Below are positions 27,905 to 40,743 of a stretch of DNA of 56,145 bases, in pieces; positions within the stretch are counted from its first letter, which is position 1; each line of letters opens with the position of its first letter. A program made the translations under genes and the position numbers. Source of the stretch: Lobosporangium transversale (taxonomy: Eukaryota); the NCBI RefSeq assembly GCF_002105155.1, contig NW_019029009.1, positions 434,001-490,145 on the forward strand, written 5' to 3'. Below the pieces are notes generated by a model. That model was not told the origin of the DNA. It did no database searches and saw nothing but the letters and a program-made list of their open reading frames with translations.

Positions 27905-28300
27905 GTCAGAAGGAAGGCAACAATAAATCTCAACATAATATGTTTAGACGTGGAAAATTCCTGTATTCATCATCCCAGAAAGTAAAAAAGAAAAAAAAGA
28001 AAAGAAAAGAAAAAATGATGACTAACCTTGGGTAAGATCAAAAAAGCTTCTTGCAAGATGAAAAAACTCCCCGTGAAAGATATAGTCGATAGCTCTATTC
28101 CAAAATCGATCTAAACAGAAAAGAGCCAGCAATGATAATAATAATTAGTGATAAGCACAAACATGATAGTATTTCTACTATCATCTTATGAATGAAACAA
28201 GTAAAACAGCAATGGATTGAAGGGAGATGATCAGAAGGAAGGCAACAATAAATCTCAACATTATGTTTTTTTAGACGTGGAAAAATCCCTGTATTCATCA
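27905..28300 (+). repeat. ~70-bp imperfect direct repeat (27905-27975 and 28230-28300)
   Basis: TCAGAAGGAAGGCAACAATAAATCTCAACAT...TTTAGACGTGGAAAA..CCTGTATTCATCAT occurs twice. Confidence 0.85.
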
Positions 28301-31130
28301 TTTGAACAAATCCAATATTATTACTCAGAAAGGAGAGGTTTTTTAGGATCTTTACAAAAAAAAATACTTACACAAAAAAAAAAAACTCCATACGAAACGC
28401 CAAGCAATTGAGCATAGAAATGAAAAATTGATATGATCAATGTCGCGTTAGAGACCTGCAATATAAAAATAAAGATCTTCAACTCTTGTTCCTATGTCGC
28501 AATGAAGATGAATTCTTGTTCCTCAACATAATCAATATGACGAACAGGTGAAGGTAATGAGGAGTTGAGAGGAGAGTTGATCTGTGAAAATTTGTTAAAA
28601 AAAAAGAAAACATTGGTATTTACACGTGATTATTACTTCAGCCACAGCTACAACAGGCGATCGAAAAAAAAAAAAAAAAAAGTCGACAGTCAGGGATAAT
28701 GTCTACAAAGTGACAATCCAGTAAAGGGACCCAGGGCAAGTTTTCTGCGCCGACGCATTGGTTAAAAAAAAACTGACAACGGTGGTAGCATGGCATGCAG
28801 TGGCTTTTCATTTTCCTCCCGAAAATCCCGCGCTGTGCACCATGTTTATCACTCCTCAAAAAAAGTGTGTCGGAGCTGTGGAAGCCATAAAACACGCGTA
28901 CGAAGGAGAAAAAAAAAACTTGGTCTGCTCCCATGATTTTCTTCGAAGGCTGACACTGTTTTTTCTATTACCGTGCACAATTGCTGTTTTTAATCATGCA
29001 AAGAAAAAGGTACGATCGTTTCTTTCCATTTTCGCATTAGTCTGACCAGCCCAAAAGACTGCATTCATGTTTGAAAAAAAAAAAAAAAATCAACACGATG
29101 ATGTCCACTTCCCGTTTTATCCTTTGTAACGTCAGCAAGTTTGTAAGCGAGAACCGCCCCACAAACATGCATCAAACCACACCCACATACACACGCATGT
29201 GTTTACGAGCAAAGTAAGGTCAAGAAAAGAAAGAAAAAACAATAAGAAAAAGGACAAGTTTAAACCATGGGCTGTGAAAGAAAAGAACGGACATACACAC
29301 AACGAATGTCTTGTGCTTTTAACTTCAATAGGCATTTGTTCTAGGCTATTCAGTATCTGTTTTTGGAAGATGAGCATCGATTGGATCAGAACTCATTCAT
29401 CCCTGTCTTATTCGTCTTTTACTTTCTTTTTGTCAACATCCCTTTTGGATTTTTTTCTTTCTTGATTCAAAAGAGATTTATCTGTGCTGTGCTGAATGTG
29501 TGTGGATGATTTTGCTGTTCAAAATCCTTCGAGACCTGTCAAGTTGAGAAAATGACAGCTGGACATGCCTGTAGACCCGCCCTAAACTTGTGTCGCATTG
29601 CGAGTGCATTGATAAAAAAAAAAAAAAATTGTAAAAATAAAGGAGGATTTGCATTTCCATGCTGCTTTGAAGGGATGGTGTGACATGAATGGATCCCTGG
29701 GTTGCCGTGAAGGAAGAAACAAAGACATCATTATCTTTTTGCAAGCATTGCTGTGTCCATTCTGTATGTGTATGCTTGTGGTGTTTACATGTTTTGGGTT
29801 GAGTTGTTTACCCATTGGCCCGCTCGTTTTCCCTAGTCCTCTTTCTTCTCTTTCATCGCTTTTTTTTAGTCCATTACCAAGCAATTGTCATTGACACAAC
29901 AACATTCTCTCATTTCCTTTGACTCCTTTCCCATCCTCATTGGCTCCCATTCCAAGTTCCACCCGAAGTCAAGGTGCTTTTTCTCTTTTAATAGTTTGTT
30001 TATATTTCTCCTGCTTTTCTTTGCTTCTCATTCTTCATTTCCATCAGTCATCAACTTTTTTTTTTTTTTTTTTTTTTTTTTAGTACAGTTAGTTGTTTGT
30101 GTAGGACTGACCGTTCTCTGCTGCAAGCTGTTCTAACAGCTTTTTTTTTTTTAAAAAAAATACAATATTTAATTGAGCCATCCAGTCTTAATCAATCTGA
30201 ACCAACCCTGTTTCCTGTTCCCTTTGAATTTTTGTTTTTTTTTTTTATTATTATCTTTTTAATCATCCTCTTTCGTTTGCTCCTTCTCTCCACTCTTCTC
30301 ATCCCTTGTGCCTTGTTGGATCTCGAAACAGAGGTTTCGTCTCCATTCAACAAAAACGAACAAACAATCATTGGTTTCTTTCTCTTACTCTTCATCCTTC
30401 CTTTCACATTCATATTCATCTTCTTTTACCTATTCTCTCGCGTGGTAAGCAAAACTTTCTTTTACCCGACACCAATCTCTTCTGGACGATCAATCAGCCA
30501 CACACTACAATACAAAGAAAAGACCTCAATGACAATCCATTTGCATTCATCTCCTTCACTGTTCATCATTTTACCATCAGATCAGTCTATGCTTGAGACA
30601 ACATTGAACAATTACTGTCATCGGAGGTTATAGAACCATTCCGACAGAAAAAGAGCGAGAAAAAGTCTTAGTTTATATATCTTCCATGATCCAAACCCGC
30701 CTCTCCATGCCACGATAAGGTTTATCATATCCACCCTATTTTTTCATGCCGATTGTCGGGCACTATTTATCTTGTCTGCTTGTTCGTCCGAGTGTATCTC
30801 ACAGCAATCCTGGACCGAATTACTTGTCAGGAACCCGTCCCTACGCACACACCAACTCCTCACGCAGGGATACACACATGCACAATTTTTTTATTTTCAT
30901 ACCTCACTCTACCAGTCTTTCTCTCTCTCTCTCTCTTTTTTTTTCTTCCTCTCCTTGGGATATTCCGTCATTTTTTTTTTTTTTTTTTTTTTTTAATGTT
31001 GACTTGTTGTTGTACTAATTAATTCTTTTCTTTTCAAACCCACGACGTAATCAGGTCATCGTTTCCACGCCTGGAGATCTTTGCTTTTTAACTTCAAGCC
31101 ATCCCAAGCTCTGGCCATATTTGGCATTCG

Positions 31131-34100
31131 ATGCCCCCAGAGCTCTCTAGCCTTAAATACGAGACATATCTAAACGGTCTTGGAAAGTCTATCAAGGTAT
31201 CTTCTGCCATGACTCCCAGTAAATCCCAATTCCTGTCCTCAGAAGCTAGTCTGAACAATAATGAAGATGAAATCCTGCCTCAACGCCATACGAGCACTGG
31301 TGCTGGAGCCGTTGGTTCTACTCAGTCCGAATCTCGCGATAAAGATCGTTCCAGCAGCCGTAGCTCTCCTGTAGAGTCAACGGAAGACCATGAAGTGGTG
31401 AGTGAACTTTGATAGTTTTTTTTTTTTTTTTTTTTTTTTTTCTTCTAATGACTTTATGAGATAGCTCGTAACTGATTCTGACTTTGTATATCAACTGCTC
31501 TTTCAATAGGCAGCAAAGCTTGAACAAAAAAGGCTGGAGCACGAGCGTCAGCGCAACTTGAAGCGTGAACTCTTTGAACAGCAAATGCAGCAGTTGGAAA
31601 TCCAGCAACTGGAGGAAGAAAAGGCTATGCTTGCTGGCAATAAGAAATCAACAAACAATACTACTGGTTCTACTGTTGATTCGTCCCATGTGTTGGCCAA
31701 TATCCGTTCTTTACCCGTCTCTAGACGTAACTCGAACGACGGTACTGATATTTGGAGTGGAATGGAAAAGTTAACAGTTGGTGACAAGTCTAAGCGACCT
31801 GTGGAGTAAGTAACCACACGCAATCTAGTCGTTACTCGTTACTTTACGACACAACTGGAAAGAACCACTTATTCATCTCTGTCATCTTTGTGTGTATAGT
31901 TTATCCAAGATTGGGCGGTCGATTACTGCAAAAGAAGATGTTACCTCACCTTCAGAATCCGCATTTAGCGAAAATGCACATCTTTCTCAGCTCGCGGAAA
32001 GATTCATTTTTAACGATGACACTACAACTACCACCACATCCACTGGTTCCAGTAACCGTCTCCCAACAATTCCACGAAGCATCTGGAAGGACCAACAGGG
32101 ACTTGGAGCGGGATCTTCGGCTATTGGTAGCGCCTCTTATTTGCCTCGTTACCTCCAGATGGGGACGGAGGACGATGAAACATTTCTCCCTATGCGTTCG
32201 TCCTCTTCAGGAGCTCTTGATTTGGCTCAAATCTCGCGCACTTCAGGTCTGCGCCACCCTCGTGCCGAATGGCCTCAGTTTAACAAACCTCTTACGTCCT
32301 CCAGCGATCGCCTGCCAACTGTTGCTCAACATGGAAGCGGTATCATCGGGTTTGGAGGAATGGGCAACTCTGATGATCCTCTCAAATCTCCCTTGCCAAA
32401 ACTCACACCAAAGTATTCATCAGCCGAGATTCCTACGCGTTTCAACAAACCCCCATCGCTGAAGCCATTTGATGATCTACCAGAGACAGACCACCGCGGA
32501 CTCATCAAATCTGACTCGAGTCCCAGCGATGCCTGCCTGCAATTCCAGCAAGGCTACTGTCCTCGAGGTGACATGTGTCCCTATTCTCATACGCCCAACT
32601 TGCCCTCTACTTCCCGTTCTGCGGTGGGTACTCCCTTGGGTACACCACTAAGCACACCTTTAAGCCCAGGCCTGAGCATGTCAGCAGGCGGTCTCTCGAA
32701 TACTGTTGGCTCTTTCTACTCGCGCATGAATAGCATCAGTGGGGCTAGTTCGATGACAAGTTTAACAGGCTCCACCGCAGGGTTTCCTTTCAGCACTCCC
32801 CAGAATGGAAATGCCTTTGATATCCCATCGAGCAACGCCACTAATGTTTTACGTATGCAACATCAGCAACCGCCTCAGCAACAAATGAATGGCATGCATA
32901 ACACCAAAGGAAATACTAAGCGCCCCGTTGTCGACGCTGATGCCAATCGTTTTGCTGGTGCTGTGCTTGAAGGTTTTATTGGACAGATTTACTCGCTCTG
33001 CAAAGACCAGCATGGATGCCGCTATCTGCAGAAAAAGCTCGAGGAACAGAATGAAGCTCACTTGGCCATTATTTTCAACGAAGTTTTTGGTCACTTTGTT
33101 GAGCTTATGACAGGTATGTTGATTGCGCTGTCATGTCTGATGCATTAGACAATTTTACCTTCAAAGGTTATTAACTTTCTTTGCAAAAAAAAAAAAAAAA
33201 AAAACCTAATTTTGGTTTAATAATCACTGGAACTAGACCCATTTGGAAACTATCTTTGCCAGAAGCTTCTTGAATACTGTGGTGATGAACAGCGGACTGC
33301 CATTGTTGAAACTGTTGCTCCCGATCTTGTCAACATTTCCTTGAATATGCATGGCACCAGGGCTGTCCAAAAAATGATTGAGTTTTTGTCGACTCCCCAG
33401 CAGATTGCTATCGTGGTTGTGGCTCTCAATCCAAGCGTTGTGACATTGATCAAGGACTTGAATGGAAATCATGTTATCCAAAAATGTCTCAACCGCTTGG
33501 CATCAGAGGATAATCAGTTCATCTATAACGCCATTAGCGCACATTGCATTGAGGTGGCAACCCATCGTCATGGATGCTGCGTCTTGCAGCGATGTATTGA
33601 TCATGCTTCCGCTTCACAAAAGATTCAGCTTGTGCGTGAGATCACGTTTAATGCTCTTGCTTTGGTTCAGGATCCATTCGGCAACTATGTAGTTCAATAC
33701 GTGTTAGATCTGGCTGATAACCGCTTTACAGATGCACTCATTCGCCGATTCATCGGCAATGTTTGTGTCCTGTCCGTTCAAAAGTTTAGCTCCAATGTCA
33801 TTGAAAAGGTAAGAAAAGGACAGGTGCTCTTCAAAACAGACTCTTGGGTGTATGAAAAGCTTAATTTATTTTGTATCTTTTCACATGTTACACATAGTGT
33901 ATTCGCGTGGCTGAGCCGGAGACCCGCAAGTTCTTGATCGAGGAAATGATTAATAAGGCGCGTTTAGATAAACTCCTCCGCGATTCGTATGCCAACTATG
34001 TGGTCCAGACCGCTTTGGAATTTGCTGATCCTATGCAACGTGCGCAGTTGGTCGAATGTATTCGACCTTTACTCCCAGCCATCCGCAATACTCCTTATGG

Positions 34101-34587
34101 CAAGCGCATCCAGAGTAAGCTCCACCGTGAGCAGATGTCTGTAAACCAGATAGCCCATCTGGGTATGAACGGTATGGGTGTCATGGGTCCCATGAATGGC
34201 ATGAATGGTCTTGGAGGGATGGGTAATATGGGCAACTTGAACGGCATGAACATGGCTAATATGAATGGCATGAATGGTATGCCCAATGGTATGGCGATGA
34301 ATATGGCGAATATGGCGAATATGACCAACAATATGAACGGATTGGGTCATATGAATGTCATGCCTATGCCCAACATGGGCAGTATGAGCAATGTCGGAGG
34401 GATTTCAGGCGCTATGACTAACGGTAACATGAACGGCATGAACAGTGGAAACAACATGAACGGCATGAACAACATCCCCAACAACGTTAATGGCAACATA
34501 ATGGGTTTTGGTTTCTCTGGTATGCAGTTCGGCAACATGGGTATGATCGGCATGAACGACTACAACCCTTACAACGGCTACATGTAA
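31131..34587 (+). CDS. Pumilio/PUF RNA-binding protein (Puf4/Puf5 class) with CCCH zinc finger and M/N/G-rich tail; exons 31131-31397, 31510-31805, 31900-33113, 33237-33808, 33898-34587
   Basis: Eight PUF repeats (KDQHGCRYLQ, TDPFGNYLCQ, LNMHGTRAVQ, KDLNGNHVIQ, THRHGCCVLQ, QDPFGNYVVQ, VQKFSSNVIE, RDSYANYVVQ). CCCH finger CLQFQQGYCPRGDMCPYSH. Start codon uncertain. Confidence 0.9.
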
Positions 34588-36079
34588 TCGCCATTTTTCT
34601 TTTTCTTTTTTTTTTTTTTTTTTTTTTTTTTTGTTTTGTTTGGTTGGCATCTAAGTGCCGAACCGTGTCTATTCAGCCAAGAGACACGAGAGTATCCCCT
34701 TCCAGTTCCGTGGTTTTTTCATTTTTTTTTTCTTTCTCTTTTTGCTCCTTTTCTTTTTTCTGCGTGTGCACCATTTTGTTGTAAAAATGTACTATCATTG
34801 TATATCGTCGCTCACACTTTCATTGATATATTTTCTCTTTTTATATATATATTATATATTTGTTATTATTGTGCTTTTACACTTACTTTATTTTATTATC
34901 ACTACCGCATTATCATTGTTCTAGTACCACTGTTGAGATTATATTTTTATGTTTTTTTATTTTTATTTTTCATTTCCTCCTTTGTCCGTGATCTCTGGTT
35001 TATTGTCACGAAGGACTTGTAAAACTTAGTAAACTTAGTATTGCAATTAAAAATCTCAAAGCGATGTAACTGTATGGGTTGATAATTGATCAATATCGAT
35101 CGTGCTGTGTTGCCGAGACTTGAAAAGGTTTATAAACTCCTCCTCTTCGGATTGAACTCTTCTTATCAGCACTCACATTTCCTTGACATAGCTTTTCACT
35201 GTCTACATCCATAATACCTCCAACGTCTCATCACGAGTTTGATATGTTGGAGTGGTCCCCAATGGCTTCAACAGGCTCAACAAATTAGATGATTTTAGCA
35301 GCGTTTAACAACCTGATACATCAAGAAGAGGATAGATTATGTTCATTGATGCTTGCTTTCCCTTTTTACGGGTTCGTTAAATATATTTATTTAAAGGTAA
35401 ACAAATACACATTTCTTGAAGATACAGTTACATTGGATGCTTAAACGCTATGTATGTATGTATGTGTAATATTAATGTTTATTGAGCTTCTAAATCTTGA
35501 GCATTGTTACAGGTTGAAGACATATTGTTATTTTTTTTTTTTTATTCATAAATGAGGTCAACCGATGCAGTTTGAGTGTATGGGAAAATTTTGGCAATGG
35601 CTGTAGTTCAGGAATGAGGAATGAAGGAGCGAGAATTACTTTATAACTGATTCCTTCAAGAATTGCACTCCCCATTAACATCCGCATTCACCATGCATGG
35701 CATGACCATCAGCCAATCACTGGTCTTGGTTTTACCCGTGTCATTAAAAGATACGCCCCACTATTCAGCCTCACTTGAATGTTTATTTTTTTATTGACAG
35801 GGCGTTGTAAATCAGGACGATCTTTTGTTGATTTGCTTCCAAATTTGGAACGTGATAAACTACGCCGCCCGGCGCGTTACGTCTAGACATCACTACAGGT
35901 GGTGGCGCTCCTGTATATTCATATAGATAAAAGATAATAATAGTAAAGGAACTCTGAGAAGAACAGACATTTGCTCAAATTCCTTACATATCCCCACTTC
36001 AATCAATTCCATTCAATCTTCTCCTGTCTTTGACACTCATATCCTACCTTAGGGTCGTTGCTTCTATCCAACCCCCACC

Positions 36080-36556
36080 AAATCTCTACCAACGCTTTCG
36101 GAAGCGGAAGTCCCTTCCCAAGCACTGTTGAGCCAGCTAAAAGAATCACTCATTCAAGCTGATGTCAACTACCAAAATTGTTTGGGTGAGAAGATGAAGA
36201 CGACCGTTCATTACAATGAGGCAATCATCAATCCAGCCCTTCCTACCGAAGATGCTGAAGCAGCTAGACTGAAGTTTGAGCAGATGAACAAAGATCTCAC
36301 TGACAAACTCGACAGGGCTGAGGTCCATTATCAAATGATCAAAGATCTGACTGATATCCAGGAAGCCATGAACAAAACTAGGCAACTTGTTGTTGCACCA
36401 AACGAAGAACGGTCGCTTCCTGAGGCTGAAACCCAAGATCAATTAAAGAATACTATAGAGTCCTTTCCTAAACAAAGGAACCATCCTGGAAGAGTTGAGA
36501 ACCATCATCCCTATCAATTAGGGATCAGAGCTCAAGCAGCCGATGATAAACCCTAG
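36080..36556 (+). mobile_element. Possible decayed retroelement gag-like coiled-coil ORF
   Basis: Intronless helical ORF fragment with no ATG start; a short related fragment at 51147-51182. No diagnostic motif. Confidence 0.3.
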
Positions 36557-36832
36557 AATATTCTTGGTAAAAACCTAGAACAAAAAAGAAGTAAACTAAA
36601 TATCAACACAATTGTTGAGTGCCCTACCGGCTCACCTTTGGCTCACCTTTTGATGAAAACAAACATTCATCTTTAATTCACAAAATTTTGGCTATTAATT
36701 ATTCTTTAAAAAAGCAGCGCCAAGTGCTGTACTGAAAGCTAAAAGACCACAATCAAAAGCACCACATCCGTATGACAATTATGCGAATCCTAAACCAAAC
36801 AGAAATCTTGGTTACAGAGGGCCTGAGCAAGG

Positions 36833-36866
36833 CTCGTCACCAGTCTGAGGACGAAGTTCATGTGCA
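36833..36866 (+). repeat. 34-bp CRN-unit terminal motif, copy 1 (CTCGTCACCAGTCTGAGGACGAAGTTCATGTGCA)
   Basis: 32/34 identical to 40710-40743; an expanded variant at 52570-52655. Confidence 0.85.
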
Positions 36867-37422
36867 CATGCACGTACTGAAAGGCAAATCTGGCTTGCTC
36901 TTGCAGACACTTCTCTCTCAGGCTGGGACCAAACTTGACATTTTGGCTGGAGGTCTCTTTTTTAAATTTGAAAAAATTCCCGAGTCGAAAGCATCTCCTG
37001 AAGCAACACCAGAGGTTAATAAGCCAAAAAAAGGTACAGCCATCTGATAAAGCCAACTCAAAAAATAGACGAATAACACGATCCAAGAGAATGGCATCAT
37101 AACGCTCATAGAGAGTATCGCAGAGGTTTTTTACTGGCAAAAAATAATAATCTGCACGTTGAGGTTTATTTTTTCCTCACAGGTTTTGTTTTTAATTTCC
37201 TGAGTGACAGAGATCATGTATAAGCAATATCAATTAGGTTAAAACATTGCACGCAGCACCACATTATCCGAGCATTTATTCATTTGTTTTCTATATATAA
37301 AGGTCCTATTTATGTGGGCTGGAGGGCTGCAATTAAACGAAATATGCAACAGCGGTTATGACGGGCCCTCAATAAGTATGTGTGTAGGACCGATTTAAAA
37401 GCGCTACCGCCTTTGTCTAAAG

Positions 37423-37617
37423 TGCAAGCGAAATCACTATAATAATTTTGTGCAACATAGTATTTCGCCCATATTTCTAGAGCATTCCTTGCAACAGGAC
37501 ATTAACTAGTATAAATAGGTCTACTTTTCTATCTAGTTCTGTAGCATAGTTCCCCCTGAATAAAGATACCTTTATTGCACCCTTAGATCCCCCTAGAACA
37601 CTACCTTGACTTTTGCA
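37423..37617. mobile_element. 195-bp solo LTR
   Basis: TGCAA...TTGCA ends and a 5-bp TSD TAAAG (37418-37422 / 37618-37622). Internal TATAAAT and AATAAA. The empty site GTCTAAAGGGTAAG is visible in the paralog at ~53192-53205. Confidence 0.85.
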
Positions 37618-37744
37618 TAAAGGGTAAGTGGATAATGATGGCTTCATTCATAAAGAATGAACCATTGTAAAAAATCCTCAAGGAACGGGTATAATGCTTT
37701 TTTTAAAAAAAGATAATTTTCCATCCACTTGATTGCTATTCGAT

Positions 37745-40191
37745 TTAATTCTCCAGATTCGTACCGGCTGATCCTCCTGAATATGCAGCTTCGATGTCGA
37801 TTTTTATGACACGCTGACTTACATGTTTTAAGCATTTATATGGATTCTTGACGACCGTATTTCTGGCGGTAAGAAAGTTCTGAACTTTAAAATCGCCATA
37901 TACGTCTCCTGGCACCACAAAATAGAGGAAAATATCATCACTTCCCTTCGACTTTGATCGGTCTGCAGTAATATAATCAATTATCTTCCTGAAGGGTGCT
38001 TGCTTGATCGGATGCTTCTCTGATACTGTGACCTGAAATAGCTCGTTGGGTCCCAATGCAAAATCAATGCACGGAAATTTAGAATGTTCTGGTACAAACA
38101 ACTTGCCAGCTGATTGAGTGAGCCCTGATAATTCCTCTGAAGTCCGGATAAACACCTCTTCTGGATTTGCTGGAAAATCAAGAAATCCTGTTTCGCCTGA
38201 CTGGAGATCCCTAAAGGGAAATCTAATATCACCACGTCGAAATAAGTGATGAGCATAGATTTCAAACAGTGGGCCTTTATCTATATCCTCTCCGCCTGTG
38301 ACAAGTTTCGCCAACACATCGACCCAAGTGTTATCTTTTATTTTGTCCATAATCTGTGATTCGACCCAACGAGATGCCCACACCAGGTAGAAGTCGAGAT
38401 GGTCAGAAGTGGGGACTCTATGGAGTAAACGACCACTAAATACACTCGCATCTTTTCCTCGTGCAAAGAGGCTTAGAAGATCTGCTGGTTTCTCGAGTGT
38501 ACTAATGGCATCGTTGACGCGGAGAAACGCAGCTTTTTTAGCACGCTCAGTATATTTTTGATTATCGGATAGTACGTCGGCTGGAGCCTGTAGAACCTGT
38601 CTTGGCACGCCCCCCAAGTCGTAAAAAAGCTCCTCCAAAAATGCTTCACTCACTACATGAAAAAACTTTACATTGGCTCTACATTCCTTAAGCTCATCCA
38701 GACTCCAGAGTGACATGTGATAGTAGCTATTTGGTGTATTTTCCTTGGTGAGTTCATCGTATTGCCCATAGAGAGTTCTTGGCGATGCTGAAAATATCGT
38801 CCTGGCTTCACCTGGTTGAGGATTTTTACCACTATCAACTAAATACCACGTTTCACGTTGGTCAAGGAAATTTTTGAAATCTACTCTCTCCCCATAACGT
38901 CGGCAAGTTGTTCCTCCGTAGGCATAACATTCGGTACTCTGCTTCTCATGGAAAATAATAATCGGTGGATTTTCCTCATCGTGTTCGGCAAGGAGGCGGA
39001 TGGCAAAATAGACCAAAAAGGCTGACTTCCCAATTCCAGGCGTTCCAGTGATAAAGAGTCGGTTCAAACGAGATACTTCATGAGGGGTACTTAATTTGGA
39101 TGTAATATGGTCATAAAGCTCTTTATATTCATCTCTGATATAAAGATGCCTTGTTTTAGCAATAGGGAAGATACGACCCTCAGGGGCAGTCAATATTTTG
39201 GAATCCTTGATACCACCAGAATTTCGGAGCTCGCAAGCCACGCTAATAATGCTGCAGTAAATACTATCTCCTGATAACTCCTTCCCCATGTACGAAAGCA
39301 GCTTGACCCTCTCTTTCGAGTTTAGAGGCGAGATTACAGGGCTACCATTCACTATCCCTTTCGTTACAAGCCCTGCTTCTGTAATCGCATCCCTAAGAGC
39401 ACTTCTGCTACTTATACTTGGATGAGCTTTTTTAGAGGGTGACTCTGCTAAAGGAGATAGAGTGATCAAAGTTAATATTTTTGATTTATTGCACTGCACA
39501 TCACTCTGAATTGATCAATAACCAGATTCTCGGCCAAAAGCACTCACCAGAATCTCCATCTTGTTTTCTTTTCTGACCTAAGTATCAAAAGCGAATAATG
39601 AGAAAGAACGTTGAGTTATCAAGACACAAACCAAATGGTGATATTATGCACATGGCCGTTTAAGATACAAACCAAGCTTCATCAGCTGAAAATATCAACA
39701 ATCAGTCCATCAAGAGCCAAGGATATACCTCGCTGTGGTGGCTTGACAAAAACATGGATAGTTTTCCTTGGAAGTTCAGAATTAAATATCTCCCAAAGCT
39801 CCATTGACGCGATTGTGAGAGCCTCTTTTGACTCGATTTCTGACTCAAAGATGGCCTCGCCTTTGTCAGGGATGGAGACCTTGTAGAGGGTGAGATCTTT
39901 GGGCTTAATGCTTGGATCCACAGTAATATTGGGGTAGATTGCTTGCTTGAGCATCCCGACCGATTTATCGCAGAAAATCTCTACTGGGAACGACGTTGCT
40001 TCTCCCTCGACAACGCAGTTCAGCAGTAGCAGTGCGCGCTTTTTTCGTTGTGGGCGCTGGTTTACTCTTTTTCGTTTATTGAGTGTGGAGGCATCCTCAG
40101 GCTTATTTGCAGTCATTTTTTTTTGTGCTTGGCTCTCTGTGGAATCATTTGCAGCCATGTTTTTTTGTGTTGAGCTCCTTGTGGTGGCCAT
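37745..40191 (-). CDS. CRN: Crinkler (CRN) effector copy A: ubiquitin-like header + P-loop NTPase + PD-(D/E)xK REase; exons 40191-39729, 39577-39548, 39447-37745; ~731 aa
   Basis: Header LNCVVEGEATSFPVEI...LTLYKVSIP...IHVFVKPP (LxLFLAK and HVLV equivalents). Walker A GTPGIGKS, Walker B WYLVD, LGGVPR. REase GPLFE...FPCIDF...LFQVTVSEKH. Confidence 0.9.
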
Positions 40192-40567
40192 TGAAAATTA
40201 AGATGAGTGGGACTGAGTGTGGTTGAAATGCAGGGAGAATGATGGTTAAATAGGCAAAGGTATATTCTTACTCTTTCACCCGTGGTCACGGTATGGAAAC
40301 AATAATGAAAAATGTGTAAGGCAAAAAAAAAAAGAAGGAAAGGAAAAGAAAGGCAATAAATGAAGGCTTGGAATGAATAAAAGAGGTAAGTGGTGAAATA
40401 TGAAAAAGGTGGCGAAAATGAAGTGGAGCAAAGGAAAGAAAGGAGCGACAACTGATAAATTTGTTCCTTTATTTCAAGGTTAGGCTTTTGCGTGAGAAAA
40501 TATTTTTTTCAAATCAGCCACGTGCCATTTTCTTGGTCATTGTGACGTGACAATCTTTAGTGCGCAG

Positions 40568-40686
40568 CAGAAGGTCAAGCTTGTCACTCTTTTTGGTTAG
40601 TCCTTTTCAGTTATAAGAATTTTGTTAAGTAAACCATTTATATTTGAAAGAGTCTAGCCAAAAAGAGCGACAAGCTTGACCCTCTG
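40568..40686. mobile_element. 119-bp MITE-like foldback element in the CRN A promoter
   Basis: ~49-bp imperfect TIRs (CAGAAGGTCAAGCTTGTCACTCTTTTTGG / CCAAAAAGAGCGACAAGCTTGACCCTCTG), flanked by GCGCA repeats. Absent from the right arm; partly present at the window end. Confidence 0.75.
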
Positions 40687-40709
40687 GCGCAAAGAACTCA
40701 TTTCTCAGT

Positions 40710-40743
40710 CTCGTCACCAGCCTGAGGACGAAGTTCATATGCA
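40710..40743 (+). repeat. 34-bp CRN-unit terminal motif, copy 2, at the palindrome centre
   Basis: CTCGTCACCAGCCTGAGGACGAAGTTCATATGCA; 2 mismatches versus 36833-36866. Confidence 0.85.

Noticed and set aside
28600..31050. Many short Phe/Lys-rich ORFs
   Set aside because: Products of poly-A/T tracts in intergenic or leader DNA.
35050..35330. Minus-strand transposase-like fragment
   Set aside because: Too decayed; no diagnostic motif.
36844..36856. CTGAGGA-C-GAAG as a hammerhead ribozyme core (also at 40722)
   Set aside because: Only one base between CUGANGA and GAA, no GAAA and no room for stem II.
36772..37047. ORF shared with 52447-52836 as a real small gene
   Set aside because: Identity reflects the DNA duplication; the N-termini differ and no motif is recognisable.
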